The notes: generated from the letters alone by a model not told the origin. DNA of 64,000 nt from Acidobacteriota bacterium (GCA_031430435.1 JANPBM010000044.1:8904-72903); one strand, 5' to 3'. Shown: positions 9,501-18,985, numbered from the stretch's first letter. Program-made: numbers and translations.

Positions 9501-10221
9501 GCATCGTCAATTTGCCGTCTCTCGCACGTTTGACAATTTCGTTATACGCGGCAAAAAACTGGGCGAAATTCAATTTTTCGGAACCTTTGATGCTCGGCAC
9601 AAGCAAGTTTCGCGTGCCGTCTTTTTTCTCGATGTCAATCGCCAAACCAACGTTCACGGCTTCGTGTTCAAGCCGCGACGGCGAACCGTTAATCTCTGCG
9701 TAACCGTGATTTAAGCGGGGGAATTCGCCTAACGCTTTGACCATCGCCCACGCGATGATGTGCGTAAACGAAATTTTTCCGCGTCCTGTTTTAGCCAAAA
9801 AATCGTTGATGATTTTGCGATTTTCTTCCAATACTTTGACGGGAATTCGGCGAGTCGAGGTTGCCGTCGGCACACCCAAACTCATCTCCATATTTTCGAC
9901 AATTTTTTTCGACGCACCGATAATCGGCTTAAATTCAATGTCGGAACCAAGTGCGATTGCCGCTTTTTCTTTTGCCGTGGCAACAGCGGTCGAATCGTTT
10001 GAAGTTGCCGGAGTTGCCGCCGCCGGAGTTGTGTTCACAACCGAAACTTGTTCAAGCGGCGAAGCGGTGTTCATCAACTCTGCGAAAAATGTTCGCCAAG
10101 ATTCGTCAACCGACTTTGCGTCAGCCTTGTATTTTGCCAATAAACCTTCAACGTAGTTAGCGTTTGCCCCGAAATGTTCGTTAATATATTCAGATAAATT
10201 TGTCATAAAATCACTCTGCAA
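6547..10221 (-). CDS. sucA: Multifunctional 2-oxoglutarate dehydrogenase E1 with N-terminal E2 (succinyltransferase) catalytic domain (Kgd/OdhA type)
   Basis: 1224 aa. The N-terminal ~350 aa contain a 2-oxoacid dehydrogenase acyltransferase core with the DHRIIQGAESGLLL (DHRxxDG) motif. They are followed by a SucA E1 domain (RIRGHLLADIDPL, the transketolase-like ThDP region, and a C-terminal OGDH domain). Confidence 0.85.
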   Translation of the reverse strand: MQSDFMTNLSEYINEHFGANANYVEGLLAKYKADAKSVDESWRTFFAELMNTASPLEQVSVVNTTPAAATPATSNDSTAVATAKEKAAIALGSDIEFKPIIGASKKIVENMEMSLGVPTATSTRRIPVKVLEENRKIINDFLAKTGRGKISFTHIIAWAMVKALGEFPRLNHGYAEINGSPSRLEHEAVNVGLAIDIEKKDGTRNLLVPSIKGSEKLNFAQFFAAYNEIVKRARDGKLTMQDFQGTTISLTNPGTLGTVASNPRLMAGQGVIIATGAIEYPAEYQAMTAAALSQIGISKVMTMTSTYDHRIIQGAESGLLLAKIHEFLIGKHNFFDTIFKDLEINYPPLRLSEDHNPAIFGGGHVREQIEKQANVLQLINAYRIRGHLLADIDPLNMTSHHAAELDLDNFGLTIWDLDREFITGGLHGEKTATLRRILDILQKAYCGKVGIEYRHIQEKREKEWIREQIRQQFVDFEPLSAETKKALLNKLIEAEQFEQFLHKKYLGQKRFSLEGCETLIPMLDQLVEKSSANGVNEIYLGMAHRGRLNVLCNIVDLSMAERIFTIFEGTAHPSFPADEGDVKYHQGAIGQHKTLNGNDIRIQLACNPSHLEFVNPVVEGMVRAKQDELRNGQQRTREDVIDEVLPVLLHGDAAFAGQGTVMETLQLANLTGYRTGGTIHIVINNQIGFTTSPGESRSSIYSTDAAQITQTPIFHINGDDPEAAFRVILIALAYRQEFNKDVVMDLVGFRKLGHNEGDEPSYTQPVMYAKVKNHPGVQHLYAQQLIREKVIDETSHKEMTDTVVAKYEDILKRVKQIVADKPVKAVLHEPTVDEDGSNILDTSISTEVLRQVSDKISLVPEGFQINPKMVGQLAKRAKMGTGEVPMDWGFAEAIAFGSLVSEGTPVRLSGQDSGRGTFSHRHASMYDTITGERWLPLSEIRNEANPKARFYVFDSSLSEQGVLGFEYGYSVISPDSLTIWEAQFGDFANGAQVIIDQYISSSEDKWKQRSPVVLLLPHGYEGQGPEHSSARLERFLQLCAENNLQVCNPTTPANYFHLLRRQAKQEIVRPLIVMTPKSLLRLPEASSTVADLTNGGFQPVIDDANADVSKVKRIVVASGKVFYDLEKAKNENVAVVRLEQFYPFPKAKLQEVFAKYKNATSLIWCQEEPRNMGGWVFVRPRLDEIKGKMSFEFVGRVASASPATGSYAIHNLEQAKLVGEALTV

Positions 10222-10294
10222 TAATTTTAACGCAAAACGAGGAAATCTGAAATTGCAGAAAAAAAAGTATTGACTTTCTTCTTTGGTTTAAACG

Positions 10295-10326
10295 TAATTA
10301 AAACGCATCAGAATTAAAACGCATCA
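10295..10326. repeat. Perfect tandem direct repeat 2 x 16 nt (AATTAAAACGCATCAG)
   Basis: Seen directly at 10295-10310 and 10311-10326 in the sucA / 10542-gene divergent intergenic region. A TTGACT -35-like hexamer lies just upstream. Confidence 0.7.
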
Positions 10327-10454
10327 GAATAAAGTAGTTTCCCAAAATGACGGCAACAAATAAACTTGTTGATAACTTTAGCGGTTTGAAACATATCGGC
10401 TTGCCGCCTTTAATCTCGAAAAAACAAAAAGCAAATTCCGTCGATAAAAAATAA

Positions 10455-10484
10455 TTGGCATTGTGTCATGTAAAAATGTATAAT
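10455..10484 (+). promoter_or_regulatory. Sigma70-like promoter (TTGGCA-18-TGTATAAT)
   Basis: -35 TTGGCA at 10455-10460. -10 TATAAT at 10479-10484 preceded by TG. This supports the ATG at 10542 as the start of the downstream gene. Confidence 0.4.
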
Positions 10485-10541
10485 CGGATTCGGGAGCAAA
10501 ATCTTTATGTTTCCGTTTTTTTCTCCACTTCTTCTCTGACA

Positions 10542-12239
10542 ATGAGCATTTTTTTAGTCCGACATAATCAAGCCCGAATACTTTTAAACGACGTAACTTT
10601 TCAAGCAAAATGGCAACATTTATTTGATAACTGCGCGTGGGCGACCGTTTTTCAAAATCCGGTCTTTCTGCAAATTTGGCACAAACATTATCAAGAAATT
10701 TACGAACTTATTTTTGTGTATGAAACAAATTCGGCAGACGAAATCATCGGTTTGTTTCCGCTTGGTTTTTGTAAATCAAATAACGAACTCTCGGTTGCAG
10801 GAAATTATCACGCGGAATATCAAACTTGGTTGGCAACAAACGAAAACGCTAACCTGTTTATTACAAACGCTTTAGATTTATTGCAAAAAGAGTTTCCGCG
10901 ACTTGGTTTGCGGTTTTTGTTTCTCGCGCCAAATTCGCCGCTGGAGTGGTTGAGCGAAAAATGGGGGAAAACTTGTAATTTACGAGAAATGCCGCGACCT
11001 TTGATTGCCATTGGCGAAAGCGGCAAAGCGGTTGAGTCTTTGAAAAAGAAAGGAAATAAATCTCGGCTCAGGCAATTAAAAAAACACGGTGAGCCGGAAT
11101 TTATCGAACTGAAAAACGTTTTGGAATTTGATGAAATTTTCGACGAAATCGAAAATTATTCAAAGTTGCGACTGAGTGCTTTGCACAATGTCAAGCCGAC
11201 CTTTGATGCCGGTCGAAAACCGTTTCACCTTGATTTAATGCGTCAAACCGATTGGGTTTATCCGACTGTTTTGAAAGTCGGCAACGAAATTGCTTCGGCG
11301 CAAGTTTGTTTGAAAAACAGAGACGAAATGTTGCTTTGCATAACGGCAATGTCGCCGAAATTTGCCAAACAATCGCCGAGTAAACTGCATCTTTTGATGC
11401 TTGAACAAGAGTTTGAAAACAGAAAAATGCCGATCTTCGATTTGTCGCCCGGCGAAGGTTACAAAGATCGGTTTGCCACACATTACGACAAAGCACACGC
11501 ATTAACAGTTTTTTTCGACCAAAAAGATTTTGTAAAATATGAAACCAAAAGAAAAATCACCGGCTTTGCGCGTGAAAAAATGGAGCAGTTAAATATAAGA
11601 AAAACAAAGGCTTTTTCGATTGCCGACAGACTCAGACACAAATTAAAACGCGTCAAAATTTGGACAATACCGCGAACTGCGGCAAAAAACATCGGACGTA
11701 AAATTTACGAAAAAGCTGAGTGTCGTTTTTATTATTTTGAAGTTGAGAAGATAAAAAACTTGCCGAACTATGATTTTGTGCGGCGAAATTCGATTGAAGA
11801 TTTACTCAAATTTGAACCGACGGAAGGTTGGCAATTTACGACCGCGCAGTTTCACCAAGAAGTCTTGAAACGCTTTGAAGAAGGCTCGATTGCCTATACT
11901 TTTGCCGAAGACGGAATACTTTTGCATTACGGCTGGTTGCTTGAAAACCAAAAAATTTCGCGCGTTCCCGAAGTTGGCAATGCCGAGTTTCATTTTCCGC
12001 CGAACTCTGCCGTTTTGTTTGATTTTTACACACACCCGACCGGACGCGGACGTAAATTTTATCACAAATCGCTGTCGCAAATGTTGCATATTGCATCGCA
12101 AATTCCCGATGTCGAAAAAGTTTTTATCGGTGTTTTAGCAGATAATAAACCTTCGCGACATGTGATTGAAAAAATCGGGTTTACTTATGATTCAAGTTTA
12201 TTTATGGAAACAAAATTTGGTCGCACCAAAACTTGGTAA
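10542..12239 (+). CDS. CelD/FemAB-like GNAT acetyltransferase family protein (tentative)
   Basis: The ORF track starts at a TTG at 10455. The ATG at 10542 (MSIFLVRHNQ...) lies downstream of the predicted promoter. The layout resembles cellulose-biosynthesis CelD/BioF2-like Acetyltransf_6 proteins, with a C-terminal GNAT-like region. Confidence 0.35.
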   Translation: MSIFLVRHNQARILLNDVTFQAKWQHLFDNCAWATVFQNPVFLQIWHKHYQEIYELIFVYETNSADEIIGLFPLGFCKSNNELSVAGNYHAEYQTWLATNENANLFITNALDLLQKEFPRLGLRFLFLAPNSPLEWLSEKWGKTCNLREMPRPLIAIGESGKAVESLKKKGNKSRLRQLKKHGEPEFIELKNVLEFDEIFDEIENYSKLRLSALHNVKPTFDAGRKPFHLDLMRQTDWVYPTVLKVGNEIASAQVCLKNRDEMLLCITAMSPKFAKQSPSKLHLLMLEQEFENRKMPIFDLSPGEGYKDRFATHYDKAHALTVFFDQKDFVKYETKRKITGFAREKMEQLNIRKTKAFSIADRLRHKLKRVKIWTIPRTAAKNIGRKIYEKAECRFYYFEVEKIKNLPNYDFVRRNSIEDLLKFEPTEGWQFTTAQFHQEVLKRFEEGSIAYTFAEDGILLHYGWLLENQKISRVPEVGNAEFHFPPNSAVLFDFYTHPTGRGRKFYHKSLSQMLHIASQIPDVEKVFIGVLADNKPSRHVIEKIGFTYDSSLFMETKFGRTKTW

Positions 12240-12334
12240 AGAATAAAAACTCCGTAACCCATAAAAAAATCGACGTTGAAAGTATTGCAAAAATGCCGTC
12301 TTTCCACCGCCGATTTTTTTTAGTTTAACGCCGA

Positions 12335-15100
12335 TTACTTTTTACTTTTTGCAAAATCGCCCGCTTTGAAAATCGAGATTTTGTCAAGATTCAGATATTT
12401 CTTCATCGCGGCATTTACTTCTTCGAGCGTCAAAGATTCGACTTTTTTGTCTAAAGCATCGTCCCACGCAAACGTTCGATTGATAAAAAGATAATTCGAC
12501 AACGTGCCGACAAGACTTCCGTCGGCACCGCGATTTCGTTTGCGACTCAGCAACCAACCTGCTTTTGCTTGCGTCAGTTCGTCCGCCGTGAAACCTGTCG
12601 TCGTTGCTTTTTGGACTTCATCTTTGAACGCCGCTTCAAGTTTTTCAATGTTTTCAGGCGCATAAATTGCGTTTGCAAAGAAAATAGCGCTTTCGTCAAG
12701 CGAACCGACTTGCAAATTTGAACCGACACTGTAACTTAAACCTTCTTTTTGGCGAAGTCTGGTTGCCAGACGCGAATTCAAAAATCCGCCGCCGAAAATA
12801 AAGTTTCCGAGTGTGAAAGCAGCATAATCGGGATTGTCGTCCTTCATTTTGATATTTGAACGGGCAAAGAAAATTGCGTTTGCTTTATCGGGTGTTTCAA
12901 ACGATTTGTTGACCGCCGGAATCTCCGTAAAGTCATTCGGAATTCTTTGGTAAGGTTTTGCGCTCTTCCACGAACCGAAAAGCGCGGTTGCCAACGGTGC
13001 GATTTCTTTTTCGTCGAAATCGCCGATAACTGAAAGTTCACCTGCCGAAGCGCCGTAAAAATCTTTGTAAAACTTCTTGACATCATCAAGTGTAATCGCT
13101 TTAACGGTCGCAATATCTTCATCGAGAGTTCCCGCGTAACGAACATCGCCTTTCGGATATTTGTTGAAAGCAACTGACATTGCCCGAATTGCGATGCTTT
13201 GCGGTTCGCTTCGTTCGTTTTCCAAATTTGCCAGAGTTTCTGTCTTGAGTTGGTCGAATTCGACTTGCGGAAACGCCGGTTCTTTCAAAATTTCGGCAAC
13301 CAATTTCATCACTTCGGGCAAGTTTTGACGAGTTGTGGTCATTGATGCTCCGGCAGAAGTTGCTCCGCCGAAAACAAGACCTTGAGCTTTCAAGCGGTCA
13401 ATTTCATCTTTGATTTGCAGACGAGATTTTTTCATCGTTCCGCGCATCAAAAGTTGTCCGGCAAAATTACCGGCATCACTGCGATTCATCAAACTTTTGA
13501 CATCGCCCATTCGCAGATTTAAGCGAAGAATTACCGAATCTCCGCGATTTTCCTTCGATAAAAATACTGTTTTCAAACCACCGACGGCACCGCGTTTGGC
13601 GCGACTTTCGATGTTCGCGGGCGACGGGTCGAAAACCTCGCCGACGGCAAGAGCTTCTCCGCCTTTGACATCTTTCGTCATCGCCGCAATTTCATCGTCG
13701 CTGACTTTCGGAATTTCTGCCCGAACCGGTTTTTCGGTCGGAACAAAGATTCCGAGCGTTCGATTTGATTGCAAAAGATATGCTTTGGCGACTCGTTGAA
13801 CGTCCTCAGGCGTAACTTTTTTCATTCGGTCGCGGTACAAGAAAACCAATCGCCAATCGCCTCGCGCCACCCAATCAGTCATCAATAAAGCAACCGTATT
13901 CGGCTCGTTAAACGCCAATTCAATGCCTTTTAACGACGATGCTTTGAATCTTTCAACTTCTTCTTTAGTCGGCGGTGTTTGGGCAAAATTCTCGATTGTT
14001 TCGAGCAACGCTTGGCGAGCATCGTCCATCGAAGCGGTTTTTGTCAATTCGGCGCCGAAGATAGAATAACTCGGCTCTTTATTTTGAAATACTTGGCTGA
14101 ACACGCTCGTTGCTTTTTTTGATTCAACCAAAGATTTATAAAGTCTGCCCGACGGCGTGTCGGTCAAAAGTCGGCTCAAAACCATCACCGCCGCAAAATC
14201 CGGATGCGAACTAGGCGGAATGTGATAACCCGACATCACATATTGAGCATCGCCGACGCGACGAATTGTTACTTGTCGTTCGCCGTCTTGGGTCGGTTCA
14301 ACTGTCCAATTTTTTTCGATGACGCGAGTCGGTTTCGGTATCGCGCTAAACTTTTGGTTGATTAAATTCAGCGTTTTTGCTTCGTCGATTTTTCCCGCGA
14401 CAACTAAAACCGCGTTATCCGGCTGATAATACTTGCGATAAAACGCTTGCAAATTTTCAATTTTGACGTTTTCAACATCCGATCTGGCGCCAATTGTATC
14501 TTTGCCGTAATTGTGCCATTGATACGCGGTTGCTTGTATTTTTTCTATCAAAACTCCCGCACCGTCGTTTTCGCCCGACTCCATTTCATTCCGGACAACC
14601 GAAAATTCACTGTCAAAATCTTTTTTGGCGATATACGAATTAACCATTCGATCGGCTTCTAAATCCAATGCCCAATCAAGATTTGCCTCAGTCGCGGCGA
14701 AAGTTTCAAAATAATTTGTGCGGTCATACCACGTTGAACCGTTCGGACTTGCACCGTGCGAGGTCAATTCCGCCGGAATGTTCGGATGCTTCGGCGTGCC
14801 TTTGAAAACCAAATGCTCAAGCAAATGAGCCATTCCGGTTTCGCCGTAATTTTCGTGTTTTGAACCGACTTTATAAATAATATTGACGGTAACGTTTTGC
14901 TTGGTTGCGTCCGGAAAGAGCAAAATCTGTAAACCGTTCGGCAAACGATATTCGGTAATTCCCTCGATAGAATTAACTTTTTGGACACCTGCGGGAAGAT
15001 TGCCCGGTTGTGCCAATACTTTGCCGGACGAACCGGAAAAAAACAACGCGAAAGCTAAAACGGACAAAATCAACGTTTCAGCAGAAAATTTTGAATTCAT
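12335..15100 (-). CDS. M16 family (pitrilysin/insulinase) zinc peptidase, two-module, secreted
   Basis: Signal peptide MNSKFSAETLILSVLAFALFFSGS. Inverted zinc motif HLLEHLVFKGT (HxxEH). 921 aa, consistent with tandem M16 active and inactive halves. Confidence 0.8.
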   Translation of the reverse strand: MNSKFSAETLILSVLAFALFFSGSSGKVLAQPGNLPAGVQKVNSIEGITEYRLPNGLQILLFPDATKQNVTVNIIYKVGSKHENYGETGMAHLLEHLVFKGTPKHPNIPAELTSHGASPNGSTWYDRTNYFETFAATEANLDWALDLEADRMVNSYIAKKDFDSEFSVVRNEMESGENDGAGVLIEKIQATAYQWHNYGKDTIGARSDVENVKIENLQAFYRKYYQPDNAVLVVAGKIDEAKTLNLINQKFSAIPKPTRVIEKNWTVEPTQDGERQVTIRRVGDAQYVMSGYHIPPSSHPDFAAVMVLSRLLTDTPSGRLYKSLVESKKATSVFSQVFQNKEPSYSIFGAELTKTASMDDARQALLETIENFAQTPPTKEEVERFKASSLKGIELAFNEPNTVALLMTDWVARGDWRLVFLYRDRMKKVTPEDVQRVAKAYLLQSNRTLGIFVPTEKPVRAEIPKVSDDEIAAMTKDVKGGEALAVGEVFDPSPANIESRAKRGAVGGLKTVFLSKENRGDSVILRLNLRMGDVKSLMNRSDAGNFAGQLLMRGTMKKSRLQIKDEIDRLKAQGLVFGGATSAGASMTTTRQNLPEVMKLVAEILKEPAFPQVEFDQLKTETLANLENERSEPQSIAIRAMSVAFNKYPKGDVRYAGTLDEDIATVKAITLDDVKKFYKDFYGASAGELSVIGDFDEKEIAPLATALFGSWKSAKPYQRIPNDFTEIPAVNKSFETPDKANAIFFARSNIKMKDDNPDYAAFTLGNFIFGGGFLNSRLATRLRQKEGLSYSVGSNLQVGSLDESAIFFANAIYAPENIEKLEAAFKDEVQKATTTGFTADELTQAKAGWLLSRKRNRGADGSLVGTLSNYLFINRTFAWDDALDKKVESLTLEEVNAAMKKYLNLDKISIFKAGDFAKSKK

Positions 15101-15217
15101 AAAATCTCCAATTCTAATAATATTTCTGAAATTTAGAGTAACCGAATTAAGATTAACTCAATATTTAAGACACAACAAATTTGCGTAAAGTTTCACCCGC
15201 AAAAACCCCGTGATGTT

Positions 15218-15754
15218 CTAAAAGTATTTTAATAAATCCGCAAATTCGTTCCAAACCAAGTATAAAATGTATGCGCTCAGCAAAACCGAACCGGCTAAAA
15301 TTGCGACTAAAATTCCGATAATTGCCAGCACGAAAATCCAATCGCCGGTTGTTCCCGTGCCGCGACCTTTGCCGCGTTTGCGGATTAAATCCATATTTTG
15401 CTTGTTCGCTTTCCAAACAAAATCGAACGCATCGCCAAAAAACGGAATTACCCCGACGGCGTAATCAAGTCCGATATTAAACGCCATTCTGAGCAAAGTG
15501 ATTTTCGGCACACCGTAACGCACGCCCGCCACCAAAATATAAAACGAAACCAACGCGGTTGAAAGATCGCCGACATTCGGAATCAAACCGATTAACGAAT
15601 CGAGTCCGAATTTCCACCCGACACCCGGAATTTTGAAAAGCCCGTCGAGATAACGACTCAAAGTTTCCAGATTTTCTTCGATCTCGATTTGTTTACGCTC
15701 CTGTTTCGACATTCCGAAAGCGTGCCGTTGTTCAATTTGTTCAGTGTTTTCCAT
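15218..15754 (-). CDS. DUF4112 domain membrane protein
   Basis: Conserved core GLDSLIGLIPNVGDLSTALVSFYILVAGVRYGVP...IPFFGDAFDFVWKAN and a C-terminal TM helix. Confidence 0.6.
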   Translation of the reverse strand: MENTEQIEQRHAFGMSKQERKQIEIEENLETLSRYLDGLFKIPGVGWKFGLDSLIGLIPNVGDLSTALVSFYILVAGVRYGVPKITLLRMAFNIGLDYAVGVIPFFGDAFDFVWKANKQNMDLIRKRGKGRGTGTTGDWIFVLAIIGILVAILAGSVLLSAYILYLVWNEFADLLKYF

Positions 15755-15804
15755 AATGGTTCAGCCGCGAGTTTTGACAAAAAAAACCTGTGTTGAGCGG
15801 CGGA

Positions 15805-17994
15805 TTATTTCTTTCTTTTAGTAATTTTCACGCTTGTATTTTCTATAATTTTCACCGTCAAAATCTTATCGCCGCGTGAAATTATATCTACGATTTTCAT
15901 CTCGGTTTCGTTCACTTTGCCGAAAACCGTGTAACCGCCGTCCAAATGCGGCTGCGGTGAATGCGTTACAAACCATTGCGAACCGCCCGTATCTTTGCCC
16001 GAAAGTGCCATTCCGACAGCTCCGCGTTCATATTCGAGCATATTTACTTCGCACCGAATCTGATAACCCGGACCGCCGTTGCCGTCGCCGCGCGGATCGC
16101 CGTCCTGCATCACAAAATTCGGGACAACGCGGTGAACGGTTAATCCGTTAAAATAATTCGACCGTGCAAGTTTGATGAAGTTTTCGACCGTTAAAGGTGC
16201 GTCTTCGGGCATTAAATCGATTGTAAAAGTTCCTTTTTCGGTGGTGAAAACAGCTTTCACGCTCCCGTTTTTACGCGAAACCGCCCGGCGATAAATTGCC
16301 TCGACATCCACCGAAACAAACTTTCGTTTTCCTTTTGAATCAACGGCATAATCTTTCTGTCGGAAAATCGAATTCGTTACCGTTCCGATTTTGTCCGAAG
16401 CGTCAACGCCAAGTGTTTTCAACACTTCCACCGCTTTTTTACGAATTAAAATGTCTTTTGAAGCCAACGCCGATTGCAAAGATTTACTTGTTTTAGCGTT
16501 TGTTTGTTTACCGAGCGCGTCTAAAATTGCGAGCGTCGCATCGTTGGTTTTCGTATCGAATTCAAGCGAATAAATTAAGGCTTCGTCCAACGCTTTTTCG
16601 TTGTCGTTGGTCGGCGGAAGCTCGCCTAAAAGTGAGGCTGACGTGGCACGAATTGTCTCATCTTTCGTCTTCAAATTTTCGCGTAAAAGCTCGTCGAATT
16701 TTTCGGGCTTAAAAGCTGAAATTGCTTGTAAAATATCGGGAACGGCTTTGTTCATTTCGGCAACTTGAGCAGGTTTTACGGTCTCTAAAAATTCTGCAAA
16801 ATAACTTATCAAGTTTGTTTTTCCCAATACTTTTACAGTTTCATCTTTTGAATTTGCGAGTTCGCCCAAACCTTGCGCTTGACTGCCGACCTTTTCCCGC
16901 GACTTAAACGGCTTGTCTTGGTTGTAAACCGACAAATAAAGTTTCGGCGCGATTTTGGCAAACGCGATTTCGGTTTCAGCCGATTTGTAATCATCGACAA
17001 CCCGTAATTTTTGCAGAAATTTGACCGCCGGTTCATCGTCGATACCGGCAAGAAGTCTGCCTGAAGTCGTCGCAATTTCAAGCAGCTCGCTTTTGTTTGA
17101 TTTGAAGTTTTTCAACAACGTTTCACCGCGTTCGATCAGCAAACCCGCGACTTTATTTTCCTTCGTTTCTTTTGCATCTTTAAAGTTTCCCAACGCCCGA
17201 ATCGCCGAGACGCGAACACGCGAATCATCGTCGCCGACGGCAGTTTCGAGCAACGCGGAAATCGCCGAAACGTCTTCTGCAATTCCCAAAACCCGACACG
17301 CATTTGCCCGACAAATCGCGTCGTCGTCAACCAGTAAAATATCTAAAACTTTCGCGTTTATCTCTTTATCTTTTGTCCGCAAACGTCCGAGTGTGTTCAA
17401 GGCATTTTGCCTGATTTTCGCATCCGAATAATTCAAAAACTTGGCAACGACAAAACTTGCTTCTTCGGGCTTACTCCGCAAAACTGCGGTTAAACCGAAT
17501 AAAACTGCGTTTATATTCGGCTTGGAACGCCTTGTTTCTTCAAATTCCAATGCGTCCAAAATTGCTTCGCCAAGCAGTTTGGATTTATCGTCTTTGGCGT
17601 TTGCGGCGGCAATTTTTCCGGCGGCTTCAATCGCCCGCACACGAACTTCACCGGCAGTATCTGCGATTGCCAAAGTTTTCAGAATCGCGTCCGCGCCTTT
17701 GATCGATTCAATTTCGCCGATTGCAAACGCCGCCATTGTCCGAATTTCATCGGAATCGTTGTTCAAAAGAATAATTAAAGCGGGAATTCCACGCTCGTCG
17801 CCGATGCGTCCGATGGCGAGTGCGGCACGTTTACGAACATCTTTGTTCGGACTCTTCATCAATGTTTCCAACGATTTATCAAAGCGGCGTTCGTCTTCAG
17901 CTTTGATAATTTGCAGAGAAATATCAGTCGGAATTTGCGAAAAACAGACGGTTGAAAATAAAATTGCGATAAAAACGGCGGCGAAAAGTTTCAT
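15805..17994 (-). CDS. HEAT-repeat protein fused to C-terminal cyclophilin-type peptidyl-prolyl cis-trans isomerase; secreted
   Basis: N-terminal signal peptide. Multiple PBS-lyase/HEAT-like repeats (RKRAALAIGRIGDERGIPALI..., VRVSAIRALGNF...). The C-terminal ~160 aa are a cyclophilin domain (HRVVPNFVMQDGDPRGDGNGGPGY...GAVGMALSGKDTGGSQWFVTH). Confidence 0.75.
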   Translation of the reverse strand: MKLFAAVFIAILFSTVCFSQIPTDISLQIIKAEDERRFDKSLETLMKSPNKDVRKRAALAIGRIGDERGIPALIILLNNDSDEIRTMAAFAIGEIESIKGADAILKTLAIADTAGEVRVRAIEAAGKIAAANAKDDKSKLLGEAILDALEFEETRRSKPNINAVLFGLTAVLRSKPEEASFVVAKFLNYSDAKIRQNALNTLGRLRTKDKEINAKVLDILLVDDDAICRANACRVLGIAEDVSAISALLETAVGDDDSRVRVSAIRALGNFKDAKETKENKVAGLLIERGETLLKNFKSNKSELLEIATTSGRLLAGIDDEPAVKFLQKLRVVDDYKSAETEIAFAKIAPKLYLSVYNQDKPFKSREKVGSQAQGLGELANSKDETVKVLGKTNLISYFAEFLETVKPAQVAEMNKAVPDILQAISAFKPEKFDELLRENLKTKDETIRATSASLLGELPPTNDNEKALDEALIYSLEFDTKTNDATLAILDALGKQTNAKTSKSLQSALASKDILIRKKAVEVLKTLGVDASDKIGTVTNSIFRQKDYAVDSKGKRKFVSVDVEAIYRRAVSRKNGSVKAVFTTEKGTFTIDLMPEDAPLTVENFIKLARSNYFNGLTVHRVVPNFVMQDGDPRGDGNGGPGYQIRCEVNMLEYERGAVGMALSGKDTGGSQWFVTHSPQPHLDGGYTVFGKVNETEMKIVDIISRGDKILTVKIIENTSVKITKRKK

Positions 17995-18040
17995 AACGAT
18001 TAGTGTAAATCGTTAATTGAAAATCGTAAAACGTGTTTGG

Positions 18041-18985
18041 TTATTTGACGCTTTTAATTTCTACGCTGTTTTGAAATTCAGTTGGCAGAATTGCGGTCGG
18101 TATCAGTTTTCCGTCGGTTAATTTTTCTAAGGTTATTTGAATATCTTCAGGCTTGATTTTTTCTAAAACCGAATGTGAAGCAAGCAAAATGACGTTAATT
18201 TTTTTTACTTCGTTTTCGTATTTTGTTTCGACCGTGAACATTCGCTCGATTCGTTTTTCACCGACTTTTACGTTTACGTCAACGATTGAATCAAGCACCG
18301 TAATTTTTGAGTTTACAAGGTTTAAGCCGATTTGTTTGGCGATGAAATCTGTTTTGCGGTTTTCTAAACTGATTTTTTCGGTCAAAATCGAATCAAGCGC
18401 TTTAACCGCGCTTTCAGGTCCGCGAACGCGTACCCGCGACGGCTCAACCGATTTTGCATAAATTTCCAAACCTTCGGGCAAGCTGTCTTCAAAATCAACT
18501 TTCACGTCAATTTCACGCTCCATCACTTTTTCAAGTTTGACCGCGATTTTATTCGGCTGAACTTCATTTAATTTTACGCCGCTCGGTAAATCTAAACTGA
18601 CGGTTTCGGGCGAAAGTTGTACGATTTTGTCGCCTGCGGGAATAATCGACAAATCTGCCGAAATAACCAAATCTTCTTCTTTGAGCCGATCAATTTTTTG
18701 CTTGTCGCCGGTGATTGTAATTTCAACTTCGTGAATCGGTTCATTTGTAATCTGCATCTCGTTTGATTGCAGATAATTAACGTGAACATTGCGGATTCTT
18801 CGCGTAATACTTTGTCCGGTAACGCCAAACCAGATAGCCAACGTAATCGCCAACGCAATCAATTTCGTTCCCCAATCACGCAAAAAAATACGTTCAATCA
18901 ACGCCAAGAAAAATTCTTTTCGCTGTTGCATAATTTTTTCGTTAGGAATCAAAAACATAAGATTAAAATAATGATTGCGAATCAA
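18041..18985 (-). CDS. cdaR: YbbR-like domain protein (CdaR, diadenylate cyclase regulator)
   Basis: It lies immediately downstream of cdaA and overlaps it by 4 nt. It has an N-terminal TM helix and repeated YbbR-like beta-rich modules. Confidence 0.6.
   Translation of the reverse strand: MIRNHYFNLMFLIPNEKIMQQRKEFFLALIERIFLRDWGTKLIALAITLAIWFGVTGQSITRRIRNVHVNYLQSNEMQITNEPIHEVEITITGDKQKIDRLKEEDLVISADLSIIPAGDKIVQLSPETVSLDLPSGVKLNEVQPNKIAVKLEKVMEREIDVKVDFEDSLPEGLEIYAKSVEPSRVRVRGPESAVKALDSILTEKISLENRKTDFIAKQIGLNLVNSKITVLDSIVDVNVKVGEKRIERMFTVETKYENEVKKINVILLASHSVLEKIKPEDIQITLEKLTDGKLIPTAILPTEFQNSVEIKSVK

Noticed and set aside
6870-10160. Many 60-140 aa ORFs on the + strand inside the sucA region (e.g. 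6870..7244, 8187..8531, 9737..10156)
   Set aside because: They lie antisense to, or out of frame within, a 1224-aa gene with clear homology. They have biased Arg/Ser/Pro-rich composition and no motifs, which is typical of antisense artefacts.
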